Shown here in pieces: positions 60,738 through 64,000 of a stretch of 64,000 bases of DNA. Origin of the DNA: Fistulifera solaris (lineage: Eukaryota). The position numbers were made by a program, and so were the translations under genes. The stretch lies in the NCBI GenBank assembly GCA_030295235.1, contig AP026133.1, positions 620,001 through 684,000 on the forward strand. Direction: 5' to 3'. Below the pieces are notes generated by a model that did not search any database, was not told where the DNA came from, and saw only the letters and a list, made by a program, of their open reading frames with translations. Position 1 is the stretch's first letter; each line of letters begins with the position of its first letter.

Positions 60738-61960
60738 ATGAAAAAACCTCCGCTTCCCAGTCTAGAATCAATTTCTTCACCGCGATGGTGGTCGGATGCA
60801 TTTGTCAGTGAGCAAGCCGACGCTTTGTGTTCGGTTGTGGCTGGAGCCGTTACCTTCGGATCGACTTTGGCTTTTTCAACCTGGACGCAATGGAGAATTC
60901 TGGGGATACAAACCGGAACACCCGGGCCTGCTCCGTACGTGACTGACGTGTCATTTCTTTGTGCTGCCATGAAATGAGTCTCATATCATATCTTCCCTGA
61001 ATTTGTTTCGGAAAGGTCTGTCGTAGGAATGGCCTCGGTGTGTCTCGCCTCGTGGGCGTGCCATCAAGCTGCCTTATTTACACTGTTCAGTCGAGATCAC
61101 ATTCGATCTTCTTATAGCAATAATCGCGTCATCGATATTTCTAATCAACTTCGATCGAGTTGGACTTCCTGGCGACAAGAACAACAACGTGTTGCCATGG
61201 CGTACGATCGTCGCTATCGCGATGATCATGTCGATGCCAGATACTTTCGACTTCCCATGCATACCATACGAGTGTAAGTACAACCTGCGGTATTGTCAGT
61301 GACGCTATAACAGAATCATATCTTACCACTCTTCTTTTAAGGTGCGCCATTGGTGTCCTGGCATTCAAACTGATGGGTGGAAGATTTTGGGCTATTTCTC
61401 CGAGTAGTTACGCGAACATTGGATCTTTTGCTCGACAAAGCATACCTGCTACCGAACGATACGCGACTCCGGCAGAGCGCTTGAAATTAGATCGCATTGG
61501 ACGAATATGGGGATGCCATACCTGTGGTTCGAGATCCCGGTCATTTGTGGGCGATCACATGCCTCCTAAATCGGTCGCGGAAACGATGATGAAACGACGC
61601 AAGCTATTCTTCTTGAAACCAAAGCCGGTGAGCTTTCGCTTCTATCCGCAATGTGAAAGATGCTCGAGTCAACAGGGCAGTATTTTATCTAGAGCGACAC
61701 AACAACTTCGATTAAGTCGCAAGAAAGGTTTTCAGCTTCACAAGGATCGGGCCAATGCGTACTTTCATGGACACAAATTTCGACTCGTACATCATTTAGC
61801 TGGTGCTGCCGTTGCTGGCATATCCATTGGCGGAAGCAATCAAGATATCATGGACGGGAATCGTAGTCGATTTCGCAAGATTGAAAAACAAATAGAAAAG
61901 GACTTGCGTGTGGCATGGAAAACAGGTGTGAAACGGGCTTTGCAGCTAGTGTCTCCTTGA
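60738..61960 (+). CDS. Membrane protein with HNH-like Zn-binding domain (GCHTCG...DHMPP...YPQCxxC), three exons
   Basis: Introns 60935-61015 and 61274-61341 splice in frame; hydrophobic N-terminal helices; CxxC/CxxC with DH.PP. Confidence 0.75.
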
Positions 61961-62117
61961 TCTTTGCATGATAATTTGCCCCACACAAGCAAATGATCAA
62001 TTAAGCAATACAATAGGTTGTAAAAGTTTTTCGACAGCTACCACGCCCGGGACTATTCTTTAGCGTGAAAACTTTGATAAACAACAAAAATTTTGGCAAC
62101 AACAGGTCTATATTTAC

Positions 62118-63555
<1,438 letters not shown>

Positions 63556-64000
63556 GATTCTCACAAACAATACAGTTCGTTCTATTGAAGTAGAATGAAG
63601 CGAGCGTTCGATGACGGCGGTTCTTGCCGATCGACTCTTCGTGTTTTCGCTTTGCCGTGCGAGTGTCGCCGCCGCCGCGAGGAAAACGCCAAGCAAGTTC
63701 AAAAATCGGGTTCCTTTTGCTGCGGCATCTTTGCAATCTCCTGCTTCAACGCGCGTCGCGCGATTGAGTGCGCGGCATGAGAGGACATTGTCTCGTGACT
63801 GGATTTGAGTCTTGTTCATAAAGAAGCATCAATTCTTTACTTACTACTATTTTACATGAAAAACATGTTTGTCCAAAATCTCTGTAACGACAAAGCATTC
63901 CATGTTTCCAAGTTCAAACAATAGCTCTCTGAATCCAATGGATTCACAGGAAGTTGATGAAGGGGCAGATGAACTGAAAAACCTGCAAAGAGCAAACAAA

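Overview
Gene-dense eukaryotic nuclear DNA, most likely from a (pennate) diatom: short GT-AG introns, bipartite signal+ASAF-type plastid presequences and diatom-style HMG boxes. Many single-base homopolymer indels break ORFs, which suggests an unpolished long-read assembly. The window is dominated by a direct tandem duplication of about 19.5-20.4 kb (11637-31140 and 31141-51580). It carries RRF, a YhiN/HI0933 flavoprotein, EndoG, three paralogous HMG-box genes and a bacterial-type PI-PLC, and it truncates a large adhesin-like gene and a PPR-like gene at the junction. Copy 2 has an extra 980-bp TA-flanked TIR transposon whose empty site is visible in copy 1. Most notable observations: the HMG-box cluster whose three members share a fixed-spacing upstream motif (TTTAsTr-N10-TGTCATAwGAT); pervasive 7-bp-period micro-duplications in intergenic DNA; a knottin-VWD(GDPH)-8xSdrD-B adhesin; a coral SAARP-like secreted protein; an aspartic protease lacking both catalytic Asp; and a membrane protein with an RHS-toxin-like HNH/Zn motif. 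All family assignments come from motif recognition by eye; no searches were run.
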